Of a stretch of DNA of 64,000 bases, positions 62,756 through 64,000 are shown piece after piece. Position 1 is the first letter of the stretch, and each line of letters begins with the position of its first letter. The translations under genes and the position numbers were made by a program. The notes beneath the pieces are model-generated. The model made no database searches. It was not told the DNA's origin and was given only the letters and a program-made list of their open reading frames with translations. The DNA is from Rickettsiales bacterium (GTDB taxonomy: Bacteria > Pseudomonadota > Alphaproteobacteria > Rs-D84), in contig JAISAB010000024.1 of the NCBI GenBank assembly GCA_031266915.1, positions 23,571 to 87,570 of the forward strand, written 5' to 3'.

Positions 62756-63229
62756 ATGAGACGCGAAGAAAAATCAGATTTGATTTCAGCGTTGCAGTCG
62801 TCATTGAAAGAAGCGAACGGTGTTTTCGTTGTCGAAAATCACGGTTTGACGGTCCGCGAAATGGAAGAGCTGCGCAGGGAACTGCGCCCGCTGGTTTCCA
62901 TGTTCAAGGTCGTCAAAAACCGTCTGATGAAATTGGCATTGGCTGACACTGATTTCGCGCCTGTATCCGATTTGATGAAGCGTCCGACGGCGGTCGCGGT
63001 TGCGACAGACGCGCTGGCCGTTACCAAGGTCTTGGCGGGATTCGCCGACGCTCATCCGAATCTTTCCATCGTTGGTGGAAAAATGGACGCGGGTGTTCTG
63101 GATACTGACGGCGTTATGCAATTATCCAAACTTCCTTCTCTGTTGGAAATCCGCGGCACCATCGCGCGCATACTGGTCGAACCGGCATCGCGTCTGGCCC
63201 GCGTTTCAGCGGAGTATGGAAAAAAGTAA
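62756..63229 (+). CDS. rplJ: 50S ribosomal protein L10
   Basis: 157 aa between rplA and rplL, with the L10-like pattern GLTVREMEELRRELR. Confidence 0.9.
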   Translation: MRREEKSDLISALQSSLKEANGVFVVENHGLTVREMEELRRELRPLVSMFKVVKNRLMKLALADTDFAPVSDLMKRPTAVAVATDALAVTKVLAGFADAHPNLSIVGGKMDAGVLDTDGVMQLSKLPSLLEIRGTIARILVEPASRLARVSAEYGKK

Positions 63230-63373
63230 ATTAAGAATTAGGAATTAAGAATTAAGAATTAATTTTCTTGGTTCGTGTCTTGGTTCTTGTAATAAAGCGT
63301 AAGGATTTTGATTTTTGTGGTTGAGAGTTTTACATTTGAATAATTCTTAATTCTTAATTCTTAATTCTTAATT
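63229..63373. repeat. heptamer-built palindrome (TAAGAAT units) between rplJ and rplL
   Basis: A 32-bp inverted repeat, AATTAAGAATTAGGAATTAAGAATTAAGAATT (63229-63260) / AATTCTTAATTCTTAATTCTTAATTCTTAATT (63342-63373), with 1 mismatch. Confidence 0.9.
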
Positions 63374-63391
63374 AAAATACGGAGTAAAAAA

Positions 63392-63757
63392 ATGGCAGAC
63401 ATTCAGAAATTGGTTGACGAATTGTCAAAGTTGAGCGTTTTGGAAGCGGTCGAGCTGTCCAAAGCCTTGGAAGAAACATGGGGCGTGTCCGCTGCGGCGG
63501 CCGTCGCCGTCGCCGGCCCTGCGGCCGGCCCTGCGGTCGAGGAAAAGACGGAATTCGACGTCATCCTGAGCGATGTCGGCGCGAACAAGCTGGCCGTTAT
63601 CAAAGCGGTCAAAGACATCACGGGACTGGGATTAGGCGAGGCCAAGGCTTTGGTCGAATCCGCGCCCAAGGCCGTGAAAGAAGCCGTCGCGAAAGATGAA
63701 GCTGAAAAATTAAAGGCGACATTGGAAGCGGCCGGCGCCAAAGTGGAAATGAAATAA
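63392..63757 (+). CDS. rplL: 50S ribosomal protein L7/L12
   Basis: It has an Ala-rich hinge and the C-terminal domain [24 protein letters not shown]. Confidence 0.97.
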   Translation: MADIQKLVDELSKLSVLEAVELSKALEETWGVSAAAAVAVAGPAAGPAVEEKTEFDVILSDVGANKLAVIKAVKDITGLGLGEAKALVESAPKAVKEAVAKDEAEKLKATLEAAGAKVEMK

Positions 63758-63947
63758 TTTCCGCCGCCCTGGAACCGCCCGGCGGTTCCGACAAAAAAAG
63801 TCCATGTCCGCATGGCACGCACCCGCCAAAGGCGAAAACCCTTCGGCGGGTCTTTGGGCGCAAAAGTTTGGGACGATAGAACAGGCAAAAATTGTATCGT
63901 TTCGACTTTTTCGTTTGCAGAACATATATAAAAAAGGATTAATACCC

Positions 63948-64000
63948 ATGGCAGTTATCCAAAAATTAAGAAAATCTTTTGGTAAAAGTTTTTTGCAAAC
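63948..64000 (+). CDS. rpoB: DNA-directed RNA polymerase beta subunit, 5' fragment (runs off the window)
   Basis: MAVIQKLRKSFGKSFLQ shows the RKSFGK-type N-terminus expected downstream of rplL. Only 17 codons are visible. Confidence 0.6.
   Translation, partial: MAVIQKLRKSFGKSFLQ

Noticed and set aside
38044-63373. A CRISPR interpretation of the many short direct repeats
   Set aside because: The repeat period is 7 nt with no unique spacers, the arrays are arranged as inverted arms, and no cas genes are present.

Overview
This window looks like a repeat-rich chromosomal segment of a probably host-associated alphaproteobacterium. The supporting markers are GapR/DUF2312, the tRNA-Trp-secE-nusG-rplKAJL-rpoB block and VirB8/9/10-like genes. 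Recognisable housekeeping genes include valS, rpmH, gyrA, nrdD/nrdG, def-fmt-truA, pyrG, pyk, recR, rsmA, lspA and yidC, plus a marR-tolC-adaptor-RND efflux operon. An AT-rich island of about 9 kb (about 15.2-24.1 kb) abuts tRNA-Gln and carries a frameshifted large serine recombinase, an OLD-family nuclease operon, an HUH Rep-like protein, an endonuclease VII-like protein and a PD-(D/E)xK-like protein. The most interesting signal is an unannotated structured RNA present in 8 copies. Each copy has its own sigma70-like promoter, a 5' hairpin with a GNRUU pentaloop in the type-1 copies, and a four-segment antiterminator/terminator switch. Four copies lead paralogous secreted cysteine-rich proteins. 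One leads comEC, where its last segment covers the start codon. One sits upstream of the VirB8-10-like operon. Two are orphan tandem sRNA-like units. Other notable features are a pervasive class of intergenic palindromes built from 7-nt tandem units, in-frame palindromic insertions in fmt and truA, a GIY-YIG element with a MITE derivative, an NrdD whose glycyl-radical domain lies on a separate small ORF, and a C15 tract upstream of a tail-fibre-like gene. All protein calls rest on motif recognition by eye, because no database search was possible. RNA and repeat coordinates are accurate to about +/-5 nt.
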